The notes under the pieces are model-generated. The model ran no database searches, had not been told where the DNA came from, and was given only the letters and a program-made list of their open reading frames with translations. From Candidatus Omnitrophota bacterium (GTDB lineage: Bacteria; Omnitrophota; Gorgyraeia; Zapsychrales; Fredricksoniimonadaceae), in assembly GCA_903860135.1 (NCBI GenBank), contig CAIOPG010000004.1, positions 21,558 through 85,557 on the forward strand: a DNA stretch of 64,000 nt, given 5' to 3'. Shown in pieces: positions 49,288 to 58,742 of the stretch. The first letter of the stretch is position 1; each line of letters opens with the position of its first letter. Position numbers and translations under genes: made by a program.

Positions 49288-50177
49288 ACTGCCGCAGGTG
49301 CCGGTGGAGGAAGCTCTTCTGAAACTGTTTCCAGTGGGCCGTTCTCCAGACGGTCATAAATATAAGCCCCCGCAATAGCGCTCACAGCTATGGTGACAAA
49401 AATACCGACAAACAAACACAAAAACCCGGCAATATTCAGTAATACAATAAGCAATCCAAAAACAAACAGCCGCCATTTCTGACCCTGTGTGATCACACGG
49501 CTGCGCTTGAGGGCAACGATCGGACCAAGCCCTTTATCAATGATCAAATATATATACATTTGGAACATGAGCATAACAATAAAACCCGGAACAATGAGCA
49601 GGACAAGTCCAAGGGCAACCATTAATCCATAGCACAAAGAAGCCGCAACGACAGGCAGTAACACGCCGACATTAGAGAATAACTCCGCCGCCTCCGGTGC
49701 CTGATCACGCGATACCGCCAGCCAGAACCTGGTCATGACAACAGCTATGAACACGGCCATCAAAAGCCCAACAAACATCAGAACATTATAAACAACTTTA
49801 GGGAAAGGCAGGCGGTACCGGTAATTGTTCAAGAAATTATAAATCTGCGCGCGCTTGGCCTCAAGCTCCGGCGTCAAAGACAACTCGTCCGCGGCTGTCA
49901 TCACCTGCAGTGCTTCCTGAACACGACCGCCCTGATCAATATAGCCAGCTTTCTGCAAAAACCCATAAACCTGATCGACCGCCGCAGTATCCTTGAATTC
50001 AGCAAAGACTTCATATTTCAACACAATATCCTGGCCGGCGAACTTTCCTAACAGCCCTGTACTGACCTGAAAGAATACCCAACAAACAGTAACCAGCGCA
50101 ATCGGTGCCCAATACTTCCTCGTCATTGCCCAGCCATGCCCGATCGCTTCTTTATATGAAAACTTCGCTTCTGCCAT
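49284..50177 (-). CDS. Hypothetical integral membrane protein
   Basis: 297 aa, ~6 predicted TM segments; ATGA-coupled to upstream aminotransferase gene. Confidence 0.55.
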   Translation of the reverse strand: MAEAKFSYKEAIGHGWAMTRKYWAPIALVTVCWVFFQVSTGLLGKFAGQDIVLKYEVFAEFKDTAAVDQVYGFLQKAGYIDQGGRVQEALQVMTAADELSLTPELEAKRAQIYNFLNNYRYRLPFPKVVYNVLMFVGLLMAVFIAVVMTRFWLAVSRDQAPEAAELFSNVGVLLPVVAASLCYGLMVALGLVLLIVPGFIVMLMFQMYIYLIIDKGLGPIVALKRSRVITQGQKWRLFVFGLLIVLLNIAGFLCLFVGIFVTIAVSAIAGAYIYDRLENGPLETVSEELPPPAPAAV

Positions 50178-50216
50178 AAGGCCCCCTTTGATGAATCATA
50201 CCGTCAGAACAATCAA

Positions 50217-51245
50217 TTATACCTGATCCGCCACACGTAAAACAAGAGCTTCAGAATCCTGCCAGCCAAGGCATGCATCGGTGATCGACCGGCCGTAAAC
50301 GCCGCCGGTCACATCCTGACTGCCTTCTTCGATATAACTCTCGACCATGATGCCGCGCACGAACGACCTGAGTTCAGGGGCATATTTGAGGCTGTTAAGG
50401 ACCTCCTGCGCCACGCGCGGCTGTTCGCGGAACTGGCGGTTGGAATTGGCATGGCTCACATCGACCATGACGGCGGGATTCTCAAGTTTCGATTCCGCAT
50501 AAAGTTTCTTGAGCGCGACAATGTCTTCAAAATGATGATTGGGCAAAGACCGACCGAACGGGCTCACGGCCCCGCGCAGGATACAATGAACCAACGGATT
50601 CCCTGTGGTCGCCACCTCCCAGCCGGCATAAGCAAAAATATGCGGCGACTGCGCGGCCCGCACAGAATTAAGCATCACGCTCACATCCCCGCTCGTCGGA
50701 TTCTTCATCCCCGCCGGCACATCCAACCCGCTGACCGTCAGCCGGTGCGCCTGGTTCTCGACCGAACGCGCGCCAACGGCCACATAACTGAGCACGTCTG
50801 CCAGATACGGATAATTTTCAGGATAAAGCATCTCGTCGGCTGCACTCAAGCCCGATTCCTTGATCGCACGGATATGCATCCGCCGGATCGCCATCAGGCC
50901 GGCAACGATATTCGGATCCTCGTTAGGGTCGGGCTGATGCGCCATGCCCTTGTAACCGATCCCCGTCGTGCGCGGTTTGTTGGTATAGATCCTCGGCAAA
51001 AGGAGCAATTTTTCCTGCACCCGCGACTGTAGCTTTGCCAAACGGGCCACATAATCGCAAACCGCATCCTCATTGTCCGCCGAACACGGCCCGATAATAA
51101 CAAGAAACTTCGAACTCCTGCCTGTGATAATATCCGCCACCGCACGGTCGCGCTGCTGTTTCAACTGCGCCCATTGCGGGCTGACCGGCAATTGCTTCAA
51201 AACTTCCCCTACGGAAGGGAGCTGTTTACGGTACTCAAACGGCAT
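50217..51245 (-). CDS. aroG: 3-deoxy-7-phosphoheptulonate (DAHP) synthase, class I
   Basis: IIGPCS motif and KPRT...GYKGM class I DAHPS signature. Confidence 0.88.
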   Translation of the reverse strand: MPFEYRKQLPSVGEVLKQLPVSPQWAQLKQQRDRAVADIITGRSSKFLVIIGPCSADNEDAVCDYVARLAKLQSRVQEKLLLLPRIYTNKPRTTGIGYKGMAHQPDPNEDPNIVAGLMAIRRMHIRAIKESGLSAADEMLYPENYPYLADVLSYVAVGARSVENQAHRLTVSGLDVPAGMKNPTSGDVSVMLNSVRAAQSPHIFAYAGWEVATTGNPLVHCILRGAVSPFGRSLPNHHFEDIVALKKLYAESKLENPAVMVDVSHANSNRQFREQPRVAQEVLNSLKYAPELRSFVRGIMVESYIEEGSQDVTGGVYGRSITDACLGWQDSEALVLRVADQV

Positions 51246-51268
51246 ACGCCACTCCTTTTGCCTGACAA

Positions 51269-51991
51269 CTATTTATCCGCGGCATCCCCGATGTCGCGCA
51301 GCTCCGCCGGCAGCCTGGCCTTGAGGCGTTCAATATCCTGCCGCGCCTGGGCAAGCATTTTCTGCGCCTTGTCAAAATCATCCTTGGCCACCCACTGGTC
51401 AGCTTCTTTCTTGACCTTCAATTTAACATTCTCATTTCTAAGGGCCCGGGCTTCCTCGAGCAATTCTTTCCAGCGACGCTCCAGATCGCCGTTTTGCGCC
51501 GCCACTTTCCGCAGATCTGACGTTAGTGCTTCCTTGACGAGACGCAACTCCTTGACCTCATACTCAAAACGGATGCGCTGGTTGGATTCTGTATGCAGAG
51601 CCGCATTGACCCGGCCGATCTCGGCCCGCAAACCTTCTTCCTGCTTCTTCTCCTTCACCAGGGACACTTCTTCCTTCCGCCGCCAGGACTTCTCCTGATC
51701 AAGCTCCAATTCCAACCCACGGATAACCGACGCAAGCTCTTCACATTCACGCGTCTTTTCTTTTTGCGCCTCTCGCGAGTCCTGAATGGAAGTTTCCATC
51801 GCCCGGATACGCCGCTCAAAACGCTCGGTTAGTTCAGAAAGATCCGCCGGATTCTGAACCGGCGCTAGCACTTCCTTCCGGCGCTTCTTCCGGCGGGCAG
51901 GATCACGTTCAGGCCATCGGGACACCATCCACGCCAACGCCGCCAGAAGCAAAAGCGCGCCGGCGATGATCGCCAGTGACAACACGTCCAT
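51269..51991 (-). CDS. Membrane-anchored coiled-coil protein, unknown function
   Basis: N-terminal TM helix then ~200 aa of heptad-rich charged coiled coil; ATG overlaps the upstream Hpt gene stop. Confidence 0.55.
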   Translation of the reverse strand: MDVLSLAIIAGALLLLAALAWMVSRWPERDPARRKKRRKEVLAPVQNPADLSELTERFERRIRAMETSIQDSREAQKEKTRECEELASVIRGLELELDQEKSWRRKEEVSLVKEKKQEEGLRAEIGRVNAALHTESNQRIRFEYEVKELRLVKEALTSDLRKVAAQNGDLERRWKELLEEARALRNENVKLKVKKEADQWVAKDDFDKAQKMLAQARQDIERLKARLPAELRDIGDAADK

Positions 51992-52347
51992 TACAACGCA
52001 CCCTTATCATGCATCTTCCTGATGCGAGCGGCTTCGGCCACAAATTCGTTGAACTGTGCCCCGAGCAATTCAACAGCCGGCCCCGTCGCGGAAATTTCAC
52101 CGGTTTTGGCGATCGCATCGAGCGCAATACAGTTAGCGTACATCCGGGCAGCTGAAATATTACCGGTCGCCCCCTTAAACCCGTGCACGATCGTCCGGAA
52201 AGCCGCACAGTCCTTGTCCTGAAATGCTTTCTGAAAAGAAGCATACTTGGGTGGAAAATCTTCCGTGAAGATATCAAACAATTCCAATAGAAGCTCGGCA
52301 TCATTCTGCACCCGCTCCATGCCATCTTTAAAATCAATAATATCCAT
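51991..52347 (-). CDS. Hpt (histidine phosphotransfer) domain protein
   Basis: VHGFKGATGNISAARM: canonical Hpt HxxKG phospho-acceptor motif; 118 aa. Confidence 0.75.
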   Translation of the reverse strand: MDIIDFKDGMERVQNDAELLLELFDIFTEDFPPKYASFQKAFQDKDCAAFRTIVHGFKGATGNISAARMYANCIALDAIAKTGEISATGPAVELLGAQFNEFVAEAARIRKMHDKGAL

Positions 52348-52350
52348 GAC

Positions 52351-54273
52351 TCAGGCCTCTTTCTTCTGTCTGACAAGATTGATGATTTCCCCGAAAAGCT
52401 GCTGCCGGTCAACAGGCTTGGCAATATACCCATCCATGCCCGAGGCCAGGTACTTTTCACGATCACCGGACATGGCGTTGGCTGTCATGGCAATGATCGG
52501 CACATGTAACCCCGTCTGTTTTTCCTCGATCCGGATAAGTGCTACTGCCTCAAGACCGGTCATCTCGGGCATATGGTCATCCATGAGGATCATATCAAAA
52601 CACGCTTTGCCATGCGCTTCCACAGCCTCCCGGCCATTGTTGACCGCCACAACCTCCCAGCCTCTTTTCTCAAGGATACGCACCGCGATCTTCTGATTGA
52701 CCAGGTTATCCTCTGCCAGCAGGATCTTCAAGCGCCCGACATCCTCTTGCGGCACAGCCGTGATGGCTGCATCCGGAAGCTTTTCCGGCAAATGGAGACT
52801 TACAGGGAACCTGAGAATAAAATTAAACGTACTCCCCTCACCAGGACTGCTTTCCACCCACAGGCGGCCATCCATAAGCTCGACCAACTTTCGCGAAATA
52901 GCCAGGCCAAGCCCGGTCCCGCCGTAGCGGCGCGCTGTCTGCTCATCCGCCTGGCTGAAGGCCTCAAAGATACGGGTATGTTTATCCTGTGGGATGCCGA
53001 TCCCGGTGTCCTTGACGGAGAAAAGAACATCGCACCGGGACTCGCTTCTGGCCGACAACGTGACATTCACGGCCACGCCTCCCTTGTGCGTGAACTTGAT
53101 CGCATTATTGATCAGGTTGATGATGATCTGTCGGATACGTATCGGATCCCCCATGACAAAAGGAGGAACTTCCGATGCCACATCCCATCGGAGATAAAGA
53201 TTCTTGTTCTGCGCCAGGACCTGCATGCCGCGGCAGGCACTGCGAAGTATCTCCGTCAACGGGATCTCCATCACATCAATAGAAAGCTTGCCAGCCTCGG
53301 CGCGTGAAATATCAAGGATATCGTTGATCAGCCGCAGTAAATTCGCCGCCGCATCTTTCGCCGCCCTCAGATTGTCCTGCTGTTCGCAAGAAAGGCTTGT
53401 CTCCAGCGTCAACTCAAGCATCCCGATAATAGCGTTCATCGGGGTGCGCAATTCGTGCGACATCTTGGCCAGCGAAAGGCTTCGGACGCCGCTAGCCTCC
53501 CCGGCCTCCAACCTCACCTTGGCCAACATCGCCTGCGTGCGCCGTTGTTTGGTGTTATCACGAAAAATAACAATGGAACAGGCGTCTCCCTCCCCGGCAT
53601 CCGTAATGATAGAAACCGAAGCATTGACGTCGAGGAGGGTGCCATTTCTACGGATAATCTTGGTCATAATCCCTGCCACAATGCCTTTGCGGCGAATATT
53701 GAGCCGGCATATCTTGCGCCATTCACGGTCAGGATAAAGATCCTTGAGCGGTTTATTGAAAAGATCCTCCCGCGACATTTCAAATATCTGCGCCGCAAAA
53801 GGATTCCAAGCCACGATCCTGTCATCTTTATCTGCCACGATAATGGCGGCGGCGGCATGTTCAAATACCGTCTTGAAAAGGCTCCTGGTCCGCTCAAGAT
53901 CCAGCTCGATCTCTTTCTTGCGGGTCATGTCTTCGGCTGAAAGATCAAGGGTTCCCGCACTGCCCGCCCCGCGTTTGGCCACAACAGAGAGGGAGCTCCA
54001 GACGGTGCCCGCATCTTTGCGCCGCAAGAGCACCTCATAATTCTCGGGCAAAACCTTCTTCTTCAGGCAGGACAAGAAAACACGATAATCCGTCGCTACC
54101 GCAAAAATATCCGCCACCCTGCTCCCGAGCAATTCTTCAGGCTTATATCCCAGCATACCGGCGAAGGCCTTGTTCACAAATAGGAACTTGGCGCTGACGC
54201 CGATACCCATACGGCAAATCCCCGTCTTGAGGTCATTGATAATTTCCTGCATTTGGATGTGATTGAATGCCAT
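52351..54273 (-). CDS. Hybrid sensor histidine kinase/response regulator (PAS-PAS-HisKA-HATPase-REC)
   Basis: H-box MSHELRTPMNAIIGMLEL, N/G1/G2 boxes (INNAIKFT; DTGIGIP; GGTGLGLAIS), C-terminal receiver (ILLAEDN...ILMDDHMPEMTG...K). Confidence 0.88.
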   Translation of the reverse strand: MAFNHIQMQEIINDLKTGICRMGIGVSAKFLFVNKAFAGMLGYKPEELLGSRVADIFAVATDYRVFLSCLKKKVLPENYEVLLRRKDAGTVWSSLSVVAKRGAGSAGTLDLSAEDMTRKKEIELDLERTRSLFKTVFEHAAAAIIVADKDDRIVAWNPFAAQIFEMSREDLFNKPLKDLYPDREWRKICRLNIRRKGIVAGIMTKIIRRNGTLLDVNASVSIITDAGEGDACSIVIFRDNTKQRRTQAMLAKVRLEAGEASGVRSLSLAKMSHELRTPMNAIIGMLELTLETSLSCEQQDNLRAAKDAAANLLRLINDILDISRAEAGKLSIDVMEIPLTEILRSACRGMQVLAQNKNLYLRWDVASEVPPFVMGDPIRIRQIIINLINNAIKFTHKGGVAVNVTLSARSESRCDVLFSVKDTGIGIPQDKHTRIFEAFSQADEQTARRYGGTGLGLAISRKLVELMDGRLWVESSPGEGSTFNFILRFPVSLHLPEKLPDAAITAVPQEDVGRLKILLAEDNLVNQKIAVRILEKRGWEVVAVNNGREAVEAHGKACFDMILMDDHMPEMTGLEAVALIRIEEKQTGLHVPIIAMTANAMSGDREKYLASGMDGYIAKPVDRQQLFGEIINLVRQKKEA

Positions 54274-54276
54274 AGG

Positions 54277-54558
54277 TCAACGTTTGATTTTAATGTTGAG
54301 CAGGATCGCGACCAAATTGATCACGCCCGTCGTAGCTGCTAGCCCGGCCAGCGAATACCTGAAGAGTGCTGTACCGAGGTCAATTGTTGCGAACCCTCGA
54401 ATAACCCACGCGGTCAGCACAATCCCCAACACCACGGCGAAAGCGGAGATCAGAAAAATAAACAGCGACAAAAGCAGCGAAAAAAGGACAACCAATACAT
54501 TATAAAGAACGAGATCATCTTTCGCGCAACGGCTTGCAGCTACCCCGATCCTTTTCAT
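54277..54558 (-). CDS. Small hypothetical membrane protein
   Basis: 93 aa with two hydrophobic helices. Only 3 nt downstream of the histidine kinase stop. Confidence 0.35.
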   Translation of the reverse strand: MKRIGVAASRCAKDDLVLYNVLVVLFSLLLSLFIFLISAFAVVLGIVLTAWVIRGFATIDLGTALFRYSLAGLAATTGVINLVAILLNIKIKR

Positions 54559-54606
54559 GATGATGACCTGTCTGTATATGTTACGCCGGATCGAACCGGC
54601 AAAAGA

Positions 54607-55221
54607 TCACCGCTCGAACTTGACCACATTTTCCCACCACGCCGACGGATCCCATTCCTGCAATTCTGCCCAGAGCTTTCGGGCGGTCACCGTCTTTAAA
54701 AACCCTGGGGCGCGCTCCAGAAATTTTGCGGCAACCGGATAACCGCTGTGCTCATATTCCCTGGCCTGAACCAGGCATTCGAGAATATCCGCATCACGCG
54801 CGATCAAGGCCTCGGGCGTCAACTGGGTATCGTAGTCGCCCCGGATGTCCGTCAACGCCTGACGCACACGCGGCGGTAACACCGCCACCTGATCCTTGAA
54901 AACACGTTTTTCGGCATCCTTGAAATCAATGTAATAATGCCCCATCTTGTGCAGGTCATTGATGCGCGATTCATGGATATCATTGAACAGGGTCATGGCC
55001 AGGACGCGGTAAGCATCCGCCCCCTCTTCATGCGCGATATAAAACCCGATCACCGCGCAGCGGAAACAATGATCCGCGACACTTTCAGGATCCTTGATGC
55101 CCACCACCCACCAGCCACTGCGCTTGACGCGTTTGAGCAGGCCGGCCTCGGCAAAGAAATCAAGGGCACTGTTACGCCGGACGTTTTTGGGACTGCTGAC
55201 TTTTTTGTTTTTTGATTTCAT
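54607..55221 (-). CDS. HD-domain hydrolase (YfbR-like 5'-deoxynucleotidase family)
   Basis: H..HD motif (VADHCFRCAVIG...DIHESRINDLHK). The 5' end overlaps the rlmB 3' end by ~50 nt; start uncertain. Confidence 0.7.
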   Translation of the reverse strand: MKSKNKKVSSPKNVRRNSALDFFAEAGLLKRVKRSGWWVVGIKDPESVADHCFRCAVIGFYIAHEEGADAYRVLAMTLFNDIHESRINDLHKMGHYYIDFKDAEKRVFKDQVAVLPPRVRQALTDIRGDYDTQLTPEALIARDADILECLVQAREYEHSGYPVAAKFLERAPGFLKTVTARKLWAELQEWDPSAWWENVVKFER

Positions 55222-55912
55222 AACAAAATACTGCGGCCGCATGCGCCGCGTTTAAGGAAAGCCGCGGATGCGCCATGGGCACCGTCAGCTTCATGTCAAT
55301 GCGCGATAACGTGATATCGCGAATACCTTTACCTTCAGACCCGATCACAAGCCCCACAGGAAAAGCGAACTTGGCCGTAGCCACATCTTCTCCGTCCTTG
55401 ACCACACTGCCCGCGATCCAGTAGCCCTTGGCCCTGGCCTTCTCAATGGCATTATTAAGGTTGTTCACCTTGGCGATCTTCACATAGTTCTCGCCGCCGC
55501 AGGCCACGCGCGTCACCGTATCGGTCACTTCAACCGCGCCGTGCACCGGGATGATGATGGCAAAACCGCCCAGACACGCCGCCGTGCGCAAGATGGCGCC
55601 AAAATTCTGCGGGTCCGTAATGCCGTCGAGAAACAGCGGCGTATCGCCCGCAGCGAACATTTCTTCAAGAAGGTCATCGTAATCGGCATAGGAAAAATCA
55701 GCCACCTCGATCAACAGCCCCTGCGTGTTATGGCTGCGCCCAAGCTTCAGCATCTTCGTCGCCGGAACCATGCTCACGGGGATACCGTGCTTCTTGGCCT
55801 TCTGGGCAATATACGCCCGCTCGGCATGCCCTGTTTCGATAAAAATATGGCGGATACTTTTAGGATCTGCCTTGATGCGTTCCAGCACCGGGTTCTTGCC
55901 GTAAATCTTCAT
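55172..55912 (-). CDS. rlmB: 23S rRNA (guanosine-2'-O-)-methyltransferase RlmB-like (SpoU family)
   Basis: SpoU_sub_bind plus SPOUT motifs (DGITDPQNFGAILRTA, VIGSEGKGI). Start at MKIYGKNP. Confidence 0.78.
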   Translation of the reverse strand: MKIYGKNPVLERIKADPKSIRHIFIETGHAERAYIAQKAKKHGIPVSMVPATKMLKLGRSHNTQGLLIEVADFSYADYDDLLEEMFAAGDTPLFLDGITDPQNFGAILRTAACLGGFAIIIPVHGAVEVTDTVTRVACGGENYVKIAKVNNLNNAIEKARAKGYWIAGSVVKDGEDVATAKFAFPVGLVIGSEGKGIRDITLSRIDMKLTVPMAHPRLSLNAAHAAAVFCYEIKKQKSQQSQKRPA

Positions 55913-56640
55913 TTTTTGATCCCCAGTCCAAGATAAAATACAGGTTTCAGGATGCTCCACCAGCCGAAAAAGGGAGTCATTTTAGTATAGCCCAACCGCT
56001 TGGGTGGGTAAATCTTGGTCACAAAGACTTCAGTGAACCTGTAACGCAAACGGATCGCTTTAAACATCAAGTAAGGCTCAAGTTCATACGCATCCAGCCA
56101 ATCCTGGTCAAGGTTGATCCGCGGGTCACGCGTGAAATCAAGGCGAAAAGCCCGGAACCCATTAGTACTGTCCGTCAGGCACCGCCCAGTAAAGAGCGAC
56201 ATCAACCAGGGATGCAGGCGCGTGGCGACTTTACGGTAAAAAGGCATATCTCCGCCGGTGCCGCAACGGCCCAGATACCGTGACCCCTGCACAAAGTCAT
56301 ACCCCTCTTCTAGGAGCGGCCGCAATACAGCAGGGATGTCCGCAGGATCATCCTTGTCATTGCCCGCCATGATCACAAGCACATCATACCCGTTATTCTG
56401 GGCATAACGGATCGCTGTCCGGATGGCCGCGCCGACGCCGCTCCGGCGCGCATGCTTGACCGTCTTTACCCCTGCAGAAGCAAAAGCCGCGATCTCCTCC
56501 GTTGTCCCGTCCGTTGAACAATCATCGACGACCAGATAATCCGCCATCGCAGCCGCCGGGCTTTTCAAAAACCGCCCAATCACATTTTTGATCTTCTCAC
56601 GTTCGTTGAACGCTACCGGCGACACCAGAACCTTAGCCAT
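55909..56640 (-). CDS. Family 2 glycosyltransferase (polyprenol-phosphate sugar synthase-like)
   Basis: GT-A fold with DD.STDGT and DxD-like motifs. Start at MAKVLVSP. Confidence 0.75.
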   Translation of the reverse strand: MAKVLVSPVAFNEREKIKNVIGRFLKSPAAAMADYLVVDDCSTDGTTEEIAAFASAGVKTVKHARRSGVGAAIRTAIRYAQNNGYDVLVIMAGNDKDDPADIPAVLRPLLEEGYDFVQGSRYLGRCGTGGDMPFYRKVATRLHPWLMSLFTGRCLTDSTNGFRAFRLDFTRDPRINLDQDWLDAYELEPYLMFKAIRLRYRFTEVFVTKIYPPKRLGYTKMTPFFGWWSILKPVFYLGLGIKK

Positions 56641-57139
56641 GTCCCGCCCCTTCCGCGCACGGACGTCCGTCATCACCAGCCGTACCCACCTGCCGGGCCG
56701 GATTGCCGACAACGATCGCGTAAGCCGGAACATCTTTCACAACCACCGCCCCGGCACCGACCACCGCACGCTCTCCGACTGTCACGCCGCACAAGATGGT
56801 CGCATTACCACCAAGCGAAGCACCCTTCTTCACAATGGTTTTCTCAAGCTTCCAGCCCACAGCACGGCTGCGTGGATAACGGTCATTGGTAAACACCACC
56901 GCCGGACCGACAAAAACACCGTCCTCAAGCACCACACCGTCAAAGATCGAAACCCCGTTCTTGACCGTCACATTATTACCGATCACGGCTCCGCTCTCGA
57001 TATAACAATGGTCGCCGATATTACAACCGCCACCGATCACGGCACCAGCCTGAATATTGCAGAAAGCCCATACCCGTGTACCCTGACCGAGGCAGGCCTG
57101 CGGGCTCACCAGTGCTGTATCGTGCTTGATATAATTCAT
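56633..57139 (-). CDS. Hexapeptide-repeat sugar N/O-acetyltransferase (WbpD/PglD-like)
   Basis: Left-handed beta-helix hexapeptide repeats throughout; 168 aa. Confidence 0.75.
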   Translation of the reverse strand: MNYIKHDTALVSPQACLGQGTRVWAFCNIQAGAVIGGGCNIGDHCYIESGAVIGNNVTVKNGVSIFDGVVLEDGVFVGPAVVFTNDRYPRSRAVGWKLEKTIVKKGASLGGNATILCGVTVGERAVVGAGAVVVKDVPAYAIVVGNPARQVGTAGDDGRPCAEGAGHG

Positions 57140-57140
57140 G

Positions 57141-58154
57141 TCAGACTACCGCCAGGCTTCCGTTGTTATCCATGGACTTCTGAATGGCCGTCAGCGTGCG
57201 CACCACCTGTGCGCCCCGGCGCGCATCGGCCAAGTCAGGCGGACGCCCTGTTTTGATACACGCCATGAAATACTGCCCCTGCAACTTCAACGGCTCGCCG
57301 AGGCTTATCCTCGGGATGGTGATACTGCCTTCGCGCGACAAAAGTTGAAACTCGCCATAGGACGCATAATACTTGGATGTGCGCTCCACCGACTTGTCAT
57401 AAACCTTGACCGCGCCCATAGGATCAAGGTCATCCCAGACGAGCATTTTCTTTTCACCCACGATCGTGATCTGGCGGATCTTGCGCGGATCCGCCCAGCT
57501 GACATGCAGGTTAGCCATCTTGCCTGCCGGATAATCGAGCGTGGCAAACGCAAGGTCTTCGAGCGAATTCCCAAGGCATTTAAGCCCTCGCGCCGACGCT
57601 CCGACGGCAGCTTCCCCGAATAAAAAATCAAAGATAGCAATATCATGCGGTGCCAGATCCCAGAGGGCATTGACATCATAACGAAACGGGCCGAGGTTGG
57701 TGCGCTCGGAATGCGCATAATAAATACGACCAATATCGCCGGCATCGATGCACGCCTTCATCCAGCGGATCCCGGCGTTAAAAACAAACACATGACCGAC
57801 CATGAGGCAACGCCCCGCCTTGGCCGCCAAAGCCTCAAGTTCAACGCACTCTTCGGGCGTCATGGCCAGTGGCTTTTCACACAGCACATGCTTGCCAGCC
57901 GACAGTGCCTCTTTGGTGAACGCATAATGCCATCGCGTCGGCACCGCTATAACGACGGCATCAATGGAAGCATCTTCAAGGATCTGGCGATAATCCTTCA
58001 CGCCACGTATCCCCGGAAACGCGGCGCCAACGGCATCCAACCGCCCCTGGTCAAGATCCGCACACATGGTGCAAGACGAATCCTCAAGCCCAGAAAATAC
58101 GCGGATATGATTGGGACCCCAGTGACCACATCCAATAACACCAACTGATATCAA
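57141..58154 (-). CDS. Gfo/Idh/MocA-family NAD-dependent sugar oxidoreductase (WbpB/WlbA-like)
   Basis: Rossmann N-terminus [16 protein letters not shown] plus EKP motif and C-terminal Gfo/Idh/MocA domain. Confidence 0.78.
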   Translation of the reverse strand: MISVGVIGCGHWGPNHIRVFSGLEDSSCTMCADLDQGRLDAVGAAFPGIRGVKDYRQILEDASIDAVVIAVPTRWHYAFTKEALSAGKHVLCEKPLAMTPEECVELEALAAKAGRCLMVGHVFVFNAGIRWMKACIDAGDIGRIYYAHSERTNLGPFRYDVNALWDLAPHDIAIFDFLFGEAAVGASARGLKCLGNSLEDLAFATLDYPAGKMANLHVSWADPRKIRQITIVGEKKMLVWDDLDPMGAVKVYDKSVERTSKYYASYGEFQLLSREGSITIPRISLGEPLKLQGQYFMACIKTGRPPDLADARRGAQVVRTLTAIQKSMDNNGSLAVV

Positions 58155-58298
58155 AAAAACCTCCCGATAACCAGTAACTTGCTAATATATTTTTAGTTAT
58201 TATATAAGGGAAACCCGCCGGCTCAAACACTTTCTTTCAGAAAGAATTTCAGTTGCATTCACCGCAGAGAGTTCCTACAATGGGGGCATTCATACGCC

Positions 58299-58742
58299 AT
58301 GACAAATATGACCACACCCCTCATGCTCCTGCCGTTACGTCAGAAAATCCTGGGAGGACTTATTATCCTGCTTGTTGGCGTTCAAATATCCCAGACAACG
58401 CTGACTTTTTCAAAAATATGGCCGCTAAAACGGCCGACCGCTTTCATTTTTGCCGGGCAGAAATTCGCCAGCCTCGCGCCATTGCTGAAAGGCCAGAAAT
58501 ATGCCGGCTACTACACCGATACCAACGTCGACGAAGGCCGCGCCCTGCTTGAACTCCTGCAGGCCCAGCATATCCTTGCCCCGCTGATCCTTGATCCGGA
58601 AAACCTTGATCACCGTTATGTCATCATCAATTGCGTCAACCTGCCACGCACCATCGAAAAGTTCAAAGCCATGGGCGCAAGACCGGTCGCCGCCACCCCC
58701 TCGGGCATCTTGCTCGTCGAGCGTCCGGAGTTCGGACCATGA
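58299..58742 (+). CDS. Hypothetical membrane-anchored protein
   Basis: 147 aa with one N-terminal TM; ATGA overlap with the downstream polytopic membrane protein gene. Confidence 0.45.
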   Translation: MTNMTTPLMLLPLRQKILGGLIILLVGVQISQTTLTFSKIWPLKRPTAFIFAGQKFASLAPLLKGQKYAGYYTDTNVDEGRALLELLQAQHILAPLILDPENLDHRYVIINCVNLPRTIEKFKAMGARPVAATPSGILLVERPEFGP

